A stretch of DNA of 28,021 nucleotides. It comes from Candidatus Fervidifonticultor quintus (GTDB lineage: Bacteria > Sysuimicrobiota > Sysuimicrobiia > Sysuimicrobiales > Humicultoraceae). Positions 1 through 8,724 of the stretch are shown in pieces. The first letter of the stretch is position 1, and every line of letters starts with the position of its first letter. The notes below the pieces were generated by a model. It was not told the origin of the DNA, did not search any database, and worked only from the letters and a program-made list of their open reading frames with translations. Location: positions 1-28,021 of the forward strand of contig JAVKIJ010000039.1 in the NCBI GenBank assembly GCA_031459535.1, written 5' to 3'. The position numbers and the translations under genes were made by a program.

Positions 1-455
1 GCCAGGTCCGAGAAGGTCTTGATGCCGTATCGCTCCGAGACGTCCTGCGTGGTGGCCAGCGCCTGCGTATCATTGAACTGCGCGGGCTCCAGCCACTCGA
101 GCTTGAACTGCTCCTTGTACCCTTTGCGCACGGCCTCCAGGACCGCCTTCGGATCAGCGATGGGCGGCTGTTTGAGAACCGTCAGCAGGCCGGTGCTGGT
201 GTACTCGGGGTACAGGTCGATCTCACCTTTCACCAGCGCCTCGTGGGCCACCGGCGTCCCTCCCAGGTTGAACTTCCGTTCGACCTTGAAGCCAGCATCC
301 TCGAGCAGCAGAGCGTACATCTCGGCAAGGATGAACTCCTCGGTAAAGTCCTTCGAGCCCACCCTGATCGTGACCGGCGCCCCACCCCGCGGCCCGCAGG
401 CTGCCGCCAGTGCCACAACCAGGAACACCACCGACAGACGCCACCAGCGCTTCAC
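1..455 (-). CDS. Glycine betaine/osmoprotectant ABC transporter substrate-binding lipoprotein (OpuAC/OsmF family), 3' end runs off the window
   Basis: Not in the ORF track; read manually. GTG at 453-455 after an AAGGGGGGA RBS. Translates MKRWWRLSVVFLVVALAAAC (lipobox) GPRGG..VGSKDFTEEFILAEMY..KFNLGGT..GEIDLYPEYTSTG, typical OpuAC-family motifs. Directly downstream of a matching permease. Confidence 0.9.
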   Translation of the reverse strand, partial: MKRWWRLSVVFLVVALAAACGPRGGAPVTIRVGSKDFTEEFILAEMYALLLEDAGFKVERKFNLGGTPVAHEALVKGEIDLYPEYTSTGLLTVLKQPPIADPKAVLEAVRKGYKEQFKLEWLEPAQFNDTQALATTQDVSERYGIKTFSDL

Positions 456-472
456 GTCGATCCCCCCCTTGT

Positions 473-1114
473 CTATGCAGTGCGGACCAGCGTCTTGAGC
501 ATCCGCTGGATGCCGGCCAGAACAGCCTCGGCGCCGATCGTCAGCACGGCAACCGGGATGGCGCCGACGAGCATGATGGACGGATTGAAGAGAGCAAACC
601 CCCTGGCAATGAAGTCGCCCAGGCCTCCGCCGCCGATGAATGCGGCGAGGGTGGCGCTGGCGAACACGTCGACCGCCGCGGTGCGCACGCCGGCCATGAT
701 GACCGGAGCGGCCAGCGGCACCTCCACGCGCCAGAGCACCTGACGGCCGCTCATGCCCATACCGTGCGCCGCCTCGACGACCGCGGGGTCGAGCCCTCGG
801 AACGCGGCCTCGGTATTGATGAGAATGGGCGGGCACGCCAGAATCGTCAAGGCCACCAGGGCCGGGGTGAACCCCAGGCCGAGGTAGGGCACCGCGAGGA
901 AGAGGATGGCCAGGCTGGGAACCACACGCAGCCCGGCAAAAAGCCCCAAGATCTCGGCTGCCAGCCGACGCCCGCGGGCCACATAGAGCCCCAGCGGGAT
1001 GCACACGATCGCCCCGATGGCCAGCGCCAGCACGGACAGGCGCACGTGCACCGCCACGGCTGCCCAGAACGCCGCGCGGTTGGCCAGGGCGTAGTTGTAG
1101 GCTGATACGAACAT
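473..1114 (-). CDS. Osmoprotectant ABC transporter permease (OpuBB/ProW-like)
   Basis: VVPSLAIL, PPILINT, EAA loop (VVEAAHGMGMS), VEVPLAAPVIMAGVRTA, IGGGGLG. Start placed at ATG 1114; ATG 1123 and GTG 1135 are alternatives. Confidence 0.88.
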   Translation of the reverse strand: MFVSAYNYALANRAAFWAAVAVHVRLSVLALAIGAIVCIPLGLYVARGRRLAAEILGLFAGLRVVPSLAILFLAVPYLGLGFTPALVALTILACPPILINTEAAFRGLDPAVVEAAHGMGMSGRQVLWRVEVPLAAPVIMAGVRTAAVDVFASATLAAFIGGGGLGDFIARGFALFNPSIMLVGAIPVAVLTIGAEAVLAGIQRMLKTLVRTA

Positions 1115-1121
1115 CTCCCCC

Positions 1122-1127
1122 ATTCTA
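1122..1127 (-). promoter_or_regulatory. Putative -10 element TAGAAT, 7 nt upstream of ATG 1114 (possible leaderless start)
   Basis: Minus strand reads CGA-TAGAAT-GGGGGAG-ATG. No convincing -35. Confidence 0.4.
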
Positions 1128-1141
1128 TCGGCCACCGGGCG

Positions 1142-2473
1142 CTACGACGATCTGCCTGGCAGGCAGTGCGACGGCAGCACCCCCTGCGCGTCCAGGCGCA
1201 GCACGGTCTGGAGCAGCACTTCGGCGCCCAGCGCCGCGTCAGCCCACTCCGTCCACTCGCGCGGCGAGTGGCTGATGCCGCCGCTGCTGGGCACGAAGAT
1301 CATCCCGGCGGGCACGTGGGGCGCCAGGACCATGGCATCGTGGCCGGCGCCACTCGGCATGGCAAACGGCTCTTCGCCCACATCGCGGATCGCCGCAGCA
1401 ATCACCCGCTGGATCCAGGCGTCCATGGGCGCAGGCGGCTTGTGGTCCCAGGGGGTGAGGTGCGCCTCCAGGCGGGCACGCTGTGCGATGCGCTGGATCT
1501 CGAGCTCGATCCCCCGGCACAGGCCTGCCAACTGGCCGGCATCGGGTGAGCGGAACTCGATGGTGAGTTCCGCGCGGCCTGGCACGATGTTCGCCGCGCC
1601 CGGGGAGAGGGTCAGGACGCCTACCGTCCCTACGGCGGGCGGGCCGGCGGCCTGGGCCATGGCCCGCACGGCCAGCACCACCTCCGCGGCGGCGGCCAGC
1701 GCATCGCGGCGCAGCGCCATGGGCGTGGTGCCGGCATGGTTGGCCTCGCCCTCCAGTGCCGCCATCATGCGCGCCATGCCCGTGATCCCGGTGACCACGG
1801 CGACCCGGCGACCGGACTGGGCCAGGACCGGCCCCTGCTCCACGTGGAGCTCCAGGTACGCGCCGAGCCTATCGGGGACGCGCGCGGCCGGCAGCCCCGG
1901 GTCGAACGCGGCCAGCGCCTCGGCCAGCGTCCGGCCGTCGCGGCCACGGATCGCCTCGAAGTGCGCGCGGGGAATCTCACCCACCAGACAGCGCGACGCG
2001 AGCGTGCCGCGCCCGAACGCGAAGCCCTCCTCGTCGGCAAACCCCACCACGGCCAGCGGGTGGCGTACCGACATCCGGCGCTCGTGGAGGGTCTGGGCGA
2101 CCTCCACGGCCGCCAGCACCCCGAGCGCGCCGTCGAACATGCCGCCGTGCGGCACCGAATCGAGGTGAGAGGCCAGGACGATGGCCGGCAGGTGCGGCTC
2201 CCCGGATCGGAGGCCGACCAGGTTGCCGAACTCGTCGCACCCGGCCTCGAGGCCCGCCTGCTGCATCCACTCTGCAACCAGGCGCGCGGCCTGCGCGTGG
2301 GTGTCTGTGTAGGGAAACCGGCTTACGCCGCGGTGGTGCCCGCGTGCCCCGGGATCAGGGGGATCGCCACCGACCTCCGCCAGCTGCTCGAGACGCGCGC
2401 GCAACCGATCGGCGCATATCCGAAACGGCGCCGGGTCTGGGTCCGTCGGATGCGCCAGATGGGGCTCCGTCAT
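1142..2473 (-). CDS. M20-family Zn amidohydrolase (N-carbamoyl-L-amino-acid hydrolase / allantoate amidohydrolase type)
   Basis: C-terminal 443 aa of the 1013-aa ORF. Motifs SHLDSVPHGGMFDG, DEEG, ELHVEQGP, GEANHAGTTPM, SGAGHDA, GISHSPRE. GGAG lies 6 nt before ATG 2473. Confidence 0.9.
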   Translation of the reverse strand: MTEPHLAHPTDPDPAPFRICADRLRARLEQLAEVGGDPPDPGARGHHRGVSRFPYTDTHAQAARLVAEWMQQAGLEAGCDEFGNLVGLRSGEPHLPAIVLASHLDSVPHGGMFDGALGVLAAVEVAQTLHERRMSVRHPLAVVGFADEEGFAFGRGTLASRCLVGEIPRAHFEAIRGRDGRTLAEALAAFDPGLPAARVPDRLGAYLELHVEQGPVLAQSGRRVAVVTGITGMARMMAALEGEANHAGTTPMALRRDALAAAAEVVLAVRAMAQAAGPPAVGTVGVLTLSPGAANIVPGRAELTIEFRSPDAGQLAGLCRGIELEIQRIAQRARLEAHLTPWDHKPPAPMDAWIQRVIAAAIRDVGEEPFAMPSGAGHDAMVLAPHVPAGMIFVPSSGGISHSPREWTEWADAALGAEVLLQTVLRLDAQGVLPSHCLPGRSS

Positions 2474-2587
2474 CGACATCTCCGGGCGGCAGGCCTCCTG
2501 ACCAGGCAGGGCTGTGGGAGTCCACCGCGTATTACCCGGAAGGCATCTCCATTTCCTGTCGGCAGCCCGAGGAATCGTTGAGGCACC

Positions 2588-3589
2588 ATGGGAACCCGCC
2601 TTCCGTTCCGCGTATTGGTCTCGGCACCTGATTTCGGTCGCGTGGGCGAGACGGCGCTGCGGATGCTCCGCGACGCCGGCTGCGAAGTCACCACGAACCC
2701 CGGAGACACCCTGGGGGAGGACGACCTCATCGCCCTGATCGGCGAGGCGGACGCCGTCATCGCGGGCGTCGAGCCCATCACCGCTCGGGTGCTGGCGGCG
2801 GCGCCGCGACTCAAGATCGTCGCCCGGCGCGGCGTGGGGTACGACACCGTGGCCCTGGAGGCGGCCACGGCGCGCGGCGTGGTAGTCACCATCACGGCCG
2901 GCGCACTCGCCGAGACGGTGGCCGACCACACGATGGGGCTCATCCTGGCTGTCGTCCGGCGCATCCCCGAGCTCGACCGGCTCGTGCGGTCCGGGGGCTG
3001 GGATCGTATCCCATCTGTGGACGTCTGGGGCAAGACGCTGGGCATTGTCGGCTTCGGCGCCATCGGGCGGGCCGTGGCGAAGCGGGCCGCCGGGTTCGAC
3101 ATGCGGATACTCGCCCACGACATCCGCCCGGATCCTGCCACGGCGACGGCGATGGGGGTGACGCTCACCGACCTTGACAGTCTGCTGACGCAGAGCGATA
3201 TTGTAACGGTGCATGTCCCCCTGACGCCGCAGACCCGGGGCCTGATCGGCGCAGCCGCGCTGCGGCGCATGAAGCCTACGGCCTATCTCGTCAACACGAG
3301 CCGGGGCCCGGTCGTGGATGAGGCCGCCCTGCTCGCGGCGTTGCGTGAGGGACGGCTGGCCGGCGCCGCGCTCGACGTGTTCCAACACGAGCCGCCCCGT
3401 GACCGTGCGCTCGCCTCCCTCCCCAACGTGGTGGCGACGCCGCATGTGGCTTCCCACACGGTGGAGACCCTGGCGCGCATGGAGCGGGCGTGCGCCGAGG
3501 CCGTCCTGGCGGTCATGCACGGACAGCGGCCTGCGCACGTGGTGAACCCGGAAGTGTACGACCGGCGGCCGACGACGCCGGCATCTTAG
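2588..3589 (+). CDS. D-isomer-specific 2-hydroxyacid dehydrogenase (SerA/glyoxylate reductase-like, no ACT domain)
   Basis: GVGYD, Rossmann GIVGFGAIG, HVPLT, NTSRGPVVDE (catalytic Arg), LDVFQHEP (Glu), TPHVAS (His). Confidence 0.92.
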   Translation: MGTRLPFRVLVSAPDFGRVGETALRMLRDAGCEVTTNPGDTLGEDDLIALIGEADAVIAGVEPITARVLAAAPRLKIVARRGVGYDTVALEAATARGVVVTITAGALAETVADHTMGLILAVVRRIPELDRLVRSGGWDRIPSVDVWGKTLGIVGFGAIGRAVAKRAAGFDMRILAHDIRPDPATATAMGVTLTDLDSLLTQSDIVTVHVPLTPQTRGLIGAAALRRMKPTAYLVNTSRGPVVDEAALLAALREGRLAGAALDVFQHEPPRDRALASLPNVVATPHVASHTVETLARMERACAEAVLAVMHGQRPAHVVNPEVYDRRPTTPAS

Positions 3590-3601
3590 AAGGGGGTGCC
3601 T

Positions 3602-4174
3602 ATGAAAATCATCGGCGTGCTGGTCGTAGTGCTTGCGGCGCTCGTTGCGATCAACGTGGTGCAGAAACTCCACGCTGCACCCACCTCGGGCACCGTGCAC
3701 GTCGCCGTCAGCCCGGGCGGGAAGATCACCGCGGTGCCCGGCGGTCTGCGGGGAACGCTGTACCACAGCTACGAGCCCGCGCGGATCACCGTGAAGCCCG
3801 GGACGACCGTGGTCTGGACCAACAAGTCGGCACTGGCCGAACCGCATTTCGTCACGTTCCTCCAACCCGACCCTCGGACAGGCGCGATGAAGGGCGGACC
3901 GCCGTGGCTCATCGTCCGACCGAAGCCTGGCAAGGAGGGCTCGAAGAACCCGCTCGATGCGGACTATCTCGAGAATCCGCAGTACCTGTTCCCGTCGGAG
4001 ATGACGGGTGCGGCGTTTCGAAACTCGGGCATGCTGTGGCCGTCGCGGATGGGGCCGCCCGGCGCCCAGTCGAGCTGGAAGACCACCTTCACCGCGCAGG
4101 ACGCCGGAAAGACGCTGAAGTACACCTGCGTCATCCACCCGTGGATGACCGGCGAGGTGATCGTGACCCACTAA
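3602..4174 (+). CDS. Secreted cupredoxin (plastocyanin/azurin-like type-1 copper protein)
   Basis: N-terminal signal/hydrophobic segment; ITVKPGTTVVWTN..EPHFVT (His ligand); C-terminal YTCVIHPWMTGEVIV (Cys-x2-His-x2-Met). AGGGGG RBS upstream. Confidence 0.82.
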   Translation: MKIIGVLVVVLAALVAINVVQKLHAAPTSGTVHVAVSPGGKITAVPGGLRGTLYHSYEPARITVKPGTTVVWTNKSALAEPHFVTFLQPDPRTGAMKGGPPWLIVRPKPGKEGSKNPLDADYLENPQYLFPSEMTGAAFRNSGMLWPSRMGPPGAQSSWKTTFTAQDAGKTLKYTCVIHPWMTGEVIVTH

Positions 4175-4185
4175 CAGGTCCACCG

Positions 4186-4218
4186 GCCGGGGTTTGGAGC
4201 GTCGGCTCGGACCCCGGC
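4186..4218. terminator. GC-rich hairpin between convergent genes (possible bidirectional terminator)
   Basis: GCCGGGGT (4186-4193) pairs with ACCCCGGC (4211-4218), with an inner GAGC/GCTC stem. No U-tract. Confidence 0.5.
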
Positions 4219-4243
4219 TCGGACTGCGGCGGGCGGAGCGGCT

Positions 4244-5080
4244 CTACGGCCGCCAGAGCAACTTCGGGTCGAACACGTCCCGCAGGGCGTCGCCCAGCAG
4301 ATTCAGCCCGAAGATGAAGAGGACGATCGCGGTGCCCGGCGCCGCCAGCAGCCAGGGCGCCGTGGCCAGGTACGTCCGCGTGGTCGCCAGCATGTTCCCC
4401 CACTCCGCCGCGGGAGGCTGGACGCCCAGGCCGAGGAAGCCCAGCGCCGTGACCGTGAGCATCGCGTAACTTCCCATCAGCGTCGTGTAGACGATCGCGC
4501 GACCGGCGATGTTGGGCACGATGTGTCGGCCGATCAGCCGCAACGGGCCCGCGCCGATGGCGCGGGCCGCCTCCACATACTCCATGCTGGCGGTCGTCAG
4601 AACCAGGCTGCGGATCAGACGGGCCAGGGCTGGCGCAGCGGTCAACCCCACCGCGATGACCACGCTCTTCAGCCCGGCGCCGAACAGGCTGACCAGCACC
4701 ACGGCCAGCACCAGGGACGGAAACGTCAGCGCGGCGTCGGAGGCGCCCATCAGGATGCGATCGGCGGTGCCGCGCAGGAACCCTGCGGCCAGACCGACCG
4801 GTGCCGCGATGGCCCCTGCCAGCAGCATCCCCGCTCCGACGATGGCCAGATCCACCCGCGCGGCAACAATCACACGGCTCGCCAGGTCGCGGCCGAGATC
4901 GTCGGTCCCAAGCCAGTGAGACGACGACGGGGGCTGCAGCGCCGCCAGCAGATCCTGCGCGTGTGGATCCTGAGGAGCCAGATAGGGCCCGAACACGCCC
5001 AACAGCAGGTAAGCCGCGATCAGGCCGATGCCTGCCACCATGGCGGGCACGTGCAGTAGCCGTCGGAGCCTCCTACGCAT
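4244..5080 (-). CDS. Peptide/nickel ABC transporter permease (DppC/OppC type)
   Basis: HWLGTDDLGRD, EYVEAARAIGA, HIVPN, LGFLGLGVQPPAAEWG, NLLGDALRDVFDP. ATG overlaps the stop of the upstream permease. Confidence 0.93.
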   Translation of the reverse strand: MRRRLRRLLHVPAMVAGIGLIAAYLLLGVFGPYLAPQDPHAQDLLAALQPPSSSHWLGTDDLGRDLASRVIVAARVDLAIVGAGMLLAGAIAAPVGLAAGFLRGTADRILMGASDAALTFPSLVLAVVLVSLFGAGLKSVVIAVGLTAAPALARLIRSLVLTTASMEYVEAARAIGAGPLRLIGRHIVPNIAGRAIVYTTLMGSYAMLTVTALGFLGLGVQPPAAEWGNMLATTRTYLATAPWLLAAPGTAIVLFIFGLNLLGDALRDVFDPKLLWRP

Positions 5081-5993
5081 AGCGCACACGGGGGTCGAAG
5101 GCGGCGTACGACAGGTCCACGACCAGATTGACGAGCAGGAATCCGATCACGTACACGAACGTGATGCCCTGCACCAGGAAGTAGTCACGCAGCGACACGG
5201 CCGTGATCATGGCCTGACCGAGCCCCTGGTACGCGAAGAGGGTCTCGACCACCACAGAACCCCCGAGCAGATACCCAGCCTGCAGGCCGATCATGGTGAT
5301 GATGGGGATCATGGCGGGCCGCAGGGCGTGCCGGTAGAGCACGATGCGCGGTCCCAACCCCTTGGCCCGCGCCGTGCGCACGTAGTCCTCGCCCAGGATC
5401 TCCAGGACGCTGGCCCGGGTCGTCCGGCTGACGAGCGCGACCAGGCGGGCGGCAACCGCCAGCGTGGGCATGATGAGGAAACCGATGCCGCCGGTCCCTG
5501 CGGCCGGCAACAGCCGCCACCGTACCGACAGGTACTGCATCAGCAACATGCCTAACAGGAAGTTGGGAATGGACAGCGCCAGGATCGACGCGGCCATGAC
5601 TCCCTGGGCCGTCAGGCCATGGGGCCGTACCGCGGCGACGACCCCGGCCGGCACAGCTAGCAGGACTGCCAGCGCCAGGCTGCTGACCATGAGGACGATG
5701 GTCGGACGCAGCCGGGCCTTCAGCACCTGCGCCACGGGCTGGCGCAGGCTCAACGAGACTCCCAGGTCGCCGCGGCCTAGGTCGGTGAGGAAGCGGGCGT
5801 ATTGGGCCCACAGCGGACGGTCGAGTCCCAACTCGCGCCGAATGACCTCGACCTGTGCCTGCGTCGCATTGGGCCCGGCCACGATCAGCGCCGGATCACC
5901 CGGCACCAGCCGGAAGAGCACGAAGATCAGCGTGACGATGCCCAGCGCCTGGGGGATGAGCAGGAGCAGCCGCCGGACCGCAAACTGTCCCAT
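5073..5993 (-). CDS. Peptide/nickel ABC transporter permease (DppB/OppB type)
   Basis: PGDPA, LGLDRPLWAQY, GDLGVS, DYVRTARAKGL, HALRP, GSVVVETLF, DLSYAAFDPRVRY. Confidence 0.94.
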   Translation of the reverse strand: MGQFAVRRLLLLIPQALGIVTLIFVLFRLVPGDPALIVAGPNATQAQVEVIRRELGLDRPLWAQYARFLTDLGRGDLGVSLSLRQPVAQVLKARLRPTIVLMVSSLALAVLLAVPAGVVAAVRPHGLTAQGVMAASILALSIPNFLLGMLLMQYLSVRWRLLPAAGTGGIGFLIMPTLAVAARLVALVSRTTRASVLEILGEDYVRTARAKGLGPRIVLYRHALRPAMIPIITMIGLQAGYLLGGSVVVETLFAYQGLGQAMITAVSLRDYFLVQGITFVYVIGFLLVNLVVDLSYAAFDPRVRYA

Positions 5994-6002
5994 CAGCGGA
6001 GG

Positions 6003-6039
6003 GGCAGCCGGGGAACGCGCGGCCGCGTCCCCGGCTGCC
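6003..6039 (-). terminator. Strong intercistronic hairpin after the substrate-binding protein gene
   Basis: GGCAGCCGGGG-A-ACGCG-CGGC-CGCGT-CCCCGGCTGCC: an 11-bp plus 5-bp stem with one bulge. Confidence 0.6.
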
Positions 6040-6047
6040 GGAGCAGA

Positions 6048-7637
6048 CTATGGCCTGGCGTTCCGCAGGATCGTGAAGATCACGGGCAGGACCTCGACGC
6101 CCTTGAGGTCCCTCCGCTTGGCGACGATGACGTTCTCGGCGTAGAGCCACACGTACGGCGCGTCGTTCCACACGATCCGGGCGGCCTGGGCCAGCAGGTC
6201 TTTGCGCCTAGCCTGGTCCACGGTCACATCGGCTTGGTTGAGCAGCTCGTCCACCTTGGGATTGGAATACCAGGTGAAGTTCCACACCTTGGGCGGGCTC
6301 GTGCGAGTGGGGTTGCTCTCGAACAGCGATGTGAGGTGGTACCCACCGTCGCCGTTGGACGGATTGAAGCCGAACAGTACCATGTCCCACTGGATCCGGT
6401 CGGGCAGTACCCTGAGGAAGTCCCAAAACGCGGCGGGCTCCACCCGGTTGATGCTGGCCCGGACCCCGATCACCCGCAGGAAGTTCTGAAAGGCCTGCGT
6501 CACCTCGATGTCCTTGGGCATCATGCCGATAGGTGTCAGCAGCGTGATCTCGAAGGGCTGGCCGTCCTTGCGGAGCACGCCGTCGGGCCCCGGCCGCCAG
6601 CCGGCCTCACCCAGCAGGGTCCTCGCCCGCTCCACGTCATAGGGCCAGGCGCCCACCGGGCTGTACCCGCTCGTGAAGGGCGAGAGCGGCGAGTCGATGG
6701 GCGTGGCGTAGTCCTTGAAGATGGCCTTGATCACAGGGCCGCGGTTGACGGCATAGTTGAAGGCGTGCCGTACCCGGACGTCTTGGAAGAACCGGCGGTT
6801 CAAGTTGAACGCAAATCCGAACGTGCGCAGCGCGGGGCGGGCGATGACCTCCACGTTGGGATTGCCCTGCAGCTGCGCCACATTCTCGGGCGGGATGGCG
6901 TTGATGACGTCGGCCTGGCCGGACTGCAGCAGCGCAATCCGGGTCGTGGGGTCGGGAACGTGCCGCAGCACCATCCGGCTGTACGCCGGCCGGCCGCCCC
7001 AGTACGTCTCGTTGCGGCGCAGGATCAGCTCGGTACCCGTCTCCAGCCGCTCGAATACGTAGGGACCGGCGCCCACGGGCGCGCGCGCAAACCCGTCGCC
7101 GAGCCGTCGGACCGCCGCTGGGCTGACCACGCCGCCGGAACCGTGCGCGAGGGTGTTGAGCAGCGCACCGTAGGGCTTCTGCGTGGAGATCTCCACGGTG
7201 AAGTCGTCCACCTTGCGGACGCCGGAGACCGGATCCCACAGCGGGCGGTTGCCGCGGTTCTGGGTCGGATCGGCCTGTCGTTGAATGTGGAAGACCACCG
7301 CGTCGGCATTGAAGGGCGTCCCGTCGTGGAACGTCACGTTGCGGCGGAGCCTGAACGTCCACGTCAGGCCGTCCCGCGAGGTGGACCACTCGGTGGCCAG
7401 TTGCGGGACGACCTGCATTCGGTCGTTGAACGCCACCAGGTTGTCGTAGATCAGGAACATGGCCTCGTAGCCCGCCGGGTACACGGTCCCGATGGAGGTC
7501 CCGGCCGTGTCCATGGCGGTGACCGGCACGTTCTGCGCGTAGACCAGCGGTCGCTCCACCTGCGCGCCCACCGTCACGGGCAACGCTAGGGCGGCTGCCG
7601 CGACCATGCCCAGCGCAATGCGCATCTTCATCGCCAT
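6048..7637 (-). CDS. ABC transporter substrate-binding protein, family 5 (DppA/OppA/GsiB-like)
   Basis: Signal peptide; PQLATEW..DGLTWTFRLRRNVTFHDGTPFNADAV family-5 signature; PVGAGPY; DVRVRHAFNYAVNR; YSNPKVDELL. AAGGAGG RBS. Confidence 0.95.
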   Translation of the reverse strand: MAMKMRIALGMVAAAALALPVTVGAQVERPLVYAQNVPVTAMDTAGTSIGTVYPAGYEAMFLIYDNLVAFNDRMQVVPQLATEWSTSRDGLTWTFRLRRNVTFHDGTPFNADAVVFHIQRQADPTQNRGNRPLWDPVSGVRKVDDFTVEISTQKPYGALLNTLAHGSGGVVSPAAVRRLGDGFARAPVGAGPYVFERLETGTELILRRNETYWGGRPAYSRMVLRHVPDPTTRIALLQSGQADVINAIPPENVAQLQGNPNVEVIARPALRTFGFAFNLNRRFFQDVRVRHAFNYAVNRGPVIKAIFKDYATPIDSPLSPFTSGYSPVGAWPYDVERARTLLGEAGWRPGPDGVLRKDGQPFEITLLTPIGMMPKDIEVTQAFQNFLRVIGVRASINRVEPAAFWDFLRVLPDRIQWDMVLFGFNPSNGDGGYHLTSLFESNPTRTSPPKVWNFTWYSNPKVDELLNQADVTVDQARRKDLLAQAARIVWNDAPYVWLYAENVIVAKRRDLKGVEVLPVIFTILRNARP

Positions 7638-7664
7638 CCCTCCTTCCTCGATCTGCTGACGCGC

Positions 7665-8711
7665 TCAGCGCACTGCTTCCCGCTTCGCCATGTGCTCCAT
7701 CAACGCGCGGCTCGACGCAAACAACGCCGGCTGGCCTCCGGTGTGAATGAAGACCACCGTCGCGCCCTGGCGCACGACGCCGCGCCGGATGTGATCCAGC
7801 ATCCCCGCCGCAGCCTTGCCGGTATAAACCGGGTCGAGCAGGAGTCCCTCGCGCCGTGCAAAAGTCAGGATGGCATCCAGGCACTCCGGCGTGGGGATGC
7901 CGTACCCCGGGCCGATGTAGTCCCGAGTTGCCTCGACCTCGTCCGGCGTCACGGTTAGCGTGAGCCCCAGCAGCGCGGCGGTCTCGGTGGCGATCTCGGC
8001 GGTGCTCAGCCACGGATCCTCATTCGCCGTGGAGGCGATGCCGATCACTCGCACCGGCAATCCCAGCGCCTTCCTTGCGAGTACCAGTCCGGCCAGGCCC
8101 TTGCCGCCCGACGAGATGTAGATGTGTTCCGGCTGGCGGCCGTGCGGCCGCAGCAGCTCCAGGATCTCCAGAAAGTTCTCCACCGTCGCGAGCGCGGCGC
8201 CGCACCGGAACATTTTGCCATGGTTGAGGCTCCACGGTCTGCGCCCCCTGGCGCGCAGTTCATCTACGACATCCTGCACCGCCCGGCCCAGATCGCTGTA
8301 GCTCGGCAGGTCCATCAGACGGACCTCGGCGCCAAGCACCAGGTCACAGAGCAGGTTACCCTGCGGCTCGGGTTCTGCCTGGCCGCGTAGCACCAGGACC
8401 AGGGGCAGGCCCAGCATGTTAGCCGCCGCCGTGGTCTGCCGCGCGGAGTTGGATGTGGCCTCAACGCCGAAGACCAGGATGTCGGCGCCGCTGGCGAGCG
8501 CCTCGGCCATGCGCCACTCGAGGTTGCGCATCTTGTTGCCGCCGAAGCCCGGCCCGGTGAGGTCGTCACGCTTCACCCACAGGTCGACGCCCAGATCCCG
8601 AGACAGGTTGGCGCAGCGCTGAAGCGGCGTCGGCAGGAACGCCAGCTTGACCCGCGGGAGCGCGGCGATGCGCCGGCGCAGATCCTCAACGGTCAGGGCC
8701 ATCGTCGTCAT
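7665..8711 (-). CDS. PLP-dependent D-cysteine desulfhydrase / ACC deaminase family protein (D-Cys desulfhydrase-type residues)
   Basis: PTPL, WVKRDDLTG..GGNKMR (PLP lysine), GPGYG, EGLLLDPVYTGKA, FIHTGG. AGGAGG lies 9 nt before ATG 8711. Confidence 0.85.
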   Translation of the reverse strand: MTTMALTVEDLRRRIAALPRVKLAFLPTPLQRCANLSRDLGVDLWVKRDDLTGPGFGGNKMRNLEWRMAEALASGADILVFGVEATSNSARQTTAAANMLGLPLVLVLRGQAEPEPQGNLLCDLVLGAEVRLMDLPSYSDLGRAVQDVVDELRARGRRPWSLNHGKMFRCGAALATVENFLEILELLRPHGRQPEHIYISSGGKGLAGLVLARKALGLPVRVIGIASTANEDPWLSTAEIATETAALLGLTLTVTPDEVEATRDYIGPGYGIPTPECLDAILTFARREGLLLDPVYTGKAAAGMLDHIRRGVVRQGATVVFIHTGGQPALFASSRALMEHMAKREAVR

Positions 8712-8724
8712 GATCCCGCGCCTC

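Noticed and set aside
2474-4183. 1013-aa ORF suggesting a giant fusion to the amidohydrolase
   Set aside because: The N-terminal ~570 aa is the antisense shadow of the dehydrogenase and cupredoxin genes. Family motifs begin only after the RBS-supported ATG at 2473.
5802-7589. 595-aa plus-strand ORF, and similar long ORFs at 19157-20500, 20698-21852 and 25741-27318
   Set aside because: All are antisense shadows of well-supported genes.
7665-8711. ACC deaminase (acdS) call
   Set aside because: It has Thr at both diagnostic positions (PVYTGK, HTGG) instead of Glu and Leu.
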